Part shown: one piece after another, positions 61,002 to 64,000 of the stretch
Layout of the letters: every line of letters starts with the position of its first letter
Numbering within the stretch: position 1 is the stretch's first letter
Assembly (NCBI GenBank): GCA_964016885.1
Contig: OZ024742.1
Location: 365,428,001-365,492,000 of the forward strand
Length of the DNA stretch: 64,000 bases
Source: Eledone cirrhosa
Taxonomy: Eukaryota
Direction of reading: 5' to 3'
The notes under the pieces: model-generated
Told to the model about the DNA's origin: nothing
Database searches by the model: none
What the model saw: only the letters and a program-made list of their open reading frames with translations
Program-made: the position numbers and the translations under genes

Positions 61002-61010
61002 TATATATAG
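60163..61010. repeat. (TG)n/(TATGTG)n, (CA)n and (TA)n microsatellites
   Basis: Read directly from the sequence. Confidence 0.92.
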
Positions 61011-61170
61011 GCATACACACATATCTATCTCTCTCTATATATATACCACCACCCCACTCTCAAGAGCGTGAAACTAATAAACCTTTGTTCGTACTGCCTC
61101 TGTTTTGTTCCCGTTCAATTTTTCTCTATGTATATATATATATATTTACATATATATATAGGCATACACA

Positions 61171-61212
<42 letters not shown>

Positions 61213-61274
61213 CGTTATTTGAGGTAATTAATTTCTTTTTTTCCATAACTCGCCGCCATCCATGTTTTACTTCT

Positions 61275-61307
<33 letters not shown>

Positions 61308-62370
61308 TCCTGCTGCCTTAGATGTTGTTGTTGTTGTTACACTACACCTTTTATCATATTTCTTCGTCTGTTGTTTATTTCTTTTTTGCCTCATTTTCCA
61401 TTATCATCTTACATTGAAATTTTCTTTCCAATCTCATAGTTATCTTTCCCGCCCCTCTCTTAGATAACAATGATGATGATGATGATGATAATGATGGGAA
61501 AGAAAATGAATAAATAACAAAAAGAAAAAAAAACAAGAAAAAAAAGAAAAAACGAATTAAAAAGAAAAAAGAAGGATAGTAAGAAAGAACAAAAAATGAA
61601 AAAAAGAAAACAAAAACAAGAAAAGAAAGAAGAACAATAAGACAAAGTTAAAAAAACAAGAAAGAAGAAAAAAATATGAAGACAACGACGGTGAAAAGAA
61701 AAAAGAAAAATAACAATAAAAATATCAATAAAATTGGAAAAAGAAAGTGTACATATGAGTGAACAGTTCGATTCGTTGTATACCAACTTTACTGAACACA
61801 ATATATCTAGGACTACGTTGATATGTAGTCTTATTTGTAAGACAATAGAGTGTAGTTTGATTACTATTTCTTTCTGAAGAAACGCGGGGAAGGATCTCAG
61901 ACGTGTTGGACAATGTCACTAGATGAGGAGTAAAACTGATAGTAGTTTTTACATCATTTTACCATAACTAACATGGGGGTATAGTATATATATATATTAC
62001 ACAGATAAATCTACCACTCAATGGTTGGGTCTAAACCGTATAAAGAACTCAATGTAATACGTATGTAGAAGTTGTCGTGAAGCAAAGTTTAAAATACAAA
62101 AATGTTATCAACGATATAATTCAATTGGATACAGAGTCAATATAGAAATATTAAAACAATGAAATTAAACACAAAACTGTTAATTCATAGTACAACTCAT
62201 TATTTTACGTTCGTTTGTGTGGAGGGGGGGGTATGTCCCTGTATTTTCATTCAATTATTGATCTATGTAAAACATATTACAAAATATCATAGTATCACAG
62301 TTTTATATATATGTATATATATATATGTATATATATATATATGTATATTTACACACACACACTCACATAA

Positions 62371-62947
<577 letters not shown>

Positions 62948-62957
62948 TATATATATA

Positions 62958-63621
62958 ACCATTTGTATATATACAAATGGAAGTTTAGTAAAATCGAAGT
63001 TTTGGCTGTGGGGCCTAGCTAACGATATCCAGTCAGGAATGTGCAGCAAAGAACTCGATAAGGTTGTGTCACCTTAGAGTAATAACATACGTTAGATAGC
63101 TTCACTAATTGAAAACTGCGACAGGCAAGCCTAGCCATATGATACCAGAGCAACGACAAAACAAGTCAGGTCCGATAAACATATATATATATAAACGTTA
63201 GAATATGTGTAATAAGGCCAAGACAATCAGATATGGACATAGAAAAAAGAATGCAATAGTGAGAGTAAATGTCTCAGACCAGCGTCTTAAATTGGAAATT
63301 TAAGACGCTGGTCTGAGACTTTTACTTCCCTCCGAAGAAGAGATATTATCTCGAAAATTAAGGACATTTAAATAAATTCAAGGTGAAAGACGAATTCTCA
63401 TCAATATCTCTCACTATTGCATTCTTTTTTCTATGTCCATATCTGATTGTCTTGGCCTTATTACACATATTCTAACGTTTATATATATATATGTTTATCG
63501 GACCTGACTTGTTTTGTCGTTGCTCTGGTATCATATGGCTAGGCTTGCCTGTCGCAGTTTTCAATTAGTGAAGCTATCTAACGTATGTTATTACTCTAAG
63601 GCGACACAACCTTATCGAGTT
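62958..63621. mobile_element. Fold-back element with ~213-bp near-perfect arms, an inner hairpin and a degenerate hammerhead
   Basis: 63052-63264 is inverted against ~63408-63621. Inner hairpin at 63271-63319. At 63328-63364: CCCT-CCGAAGA-A-GAGAT(ATT)ATCTC-GAAA-AT-TA-AGGA. Confidence 0.82.
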
Positions 63622-63853
63622 GTATATATATGTATATATGTATATATATATATATATGAAAACAGGCAGAAAAAGACGATTATTTGGAAGAAAAAATTTT
63701 TTTTTTCCTTTTTATTTATTTCTCCCTTTTTTCTGGGTTAGAAAATGATTAAAACGAAATATTTTACTTTGTGTGAAGTGTTAAGGTATTAGTTGATTTA
63801 TTTATTAATTAACAATGGCATTTATTTATTTATTTATATATTTAATAATTGTC

Positions 63854-63890
63854 TATTACCGGTTTCAGCATGTTTATGCATTATCAAATG
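63854..63890 (-). ncRNA. Minimal hammerhead-like motif, U3-A8 core, inside a TA-flanked remnant (63658-63972)
   Basis: Minus strand: CAT-TTGATAA-T-GCAT(AAAC)ATGC-T-GAAA-CCGG-TA-ATA. Confidence 0.55.
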
Positions 63891-64000
63891 ATAATATGTA
63901 TTGGTGTAGAATGGTGGTGTTGGACATGTTAAAGAAATGGTGCAGAAAGAATAATGTTATTTACAACCAATATGTATATATATATATATATACACAAAAG

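Noticed and set aside
58912-61022. Gly/Val/Cys/Trp-rich and His/Thr-rich ORFs
   Set aside because: Translations of (GGT)n/(TGT)n and (CA)n repeats. The same applies to all YIYI, CVCV and HTHT ORFs in the window.

Overview
AT-rich, repeat-saturated eukaryotic DNA with no intact host gene that I can support. The repeat content (long (TA)n/(CA)n runs, tRNA-derived SINEs, Penelope-like elements) resembles a cephalopod or other invertebrate genome, but that assignment is inference only. About 60% of the window is three tandem arrays: a 38-bp satellite (1-16793), a 43/39-bp satellite (28963-43451) and an ACC/ACT/ACA-derived array (52930-60072). Each array carries recent kilobase-scale internal duplications. 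The rest holds two 5'-truncated and inverted Penelope-like retroelements (RT YVDD and GIY-YIG endonuclease, 19117-22980) and two SINE families. The most notable content is roughly eight short fold-back elements sitting in (TA)n runs. They share a tail-arm-inverted arm architecture, and many carry minimal type I hammerhead ribozyme motifs. One group has a non-canonical U3-A8 core (TTGAAAA/TTGATAA) with a covarying stem II. Nearly all listed ORFs are simple-repeat artefacts.
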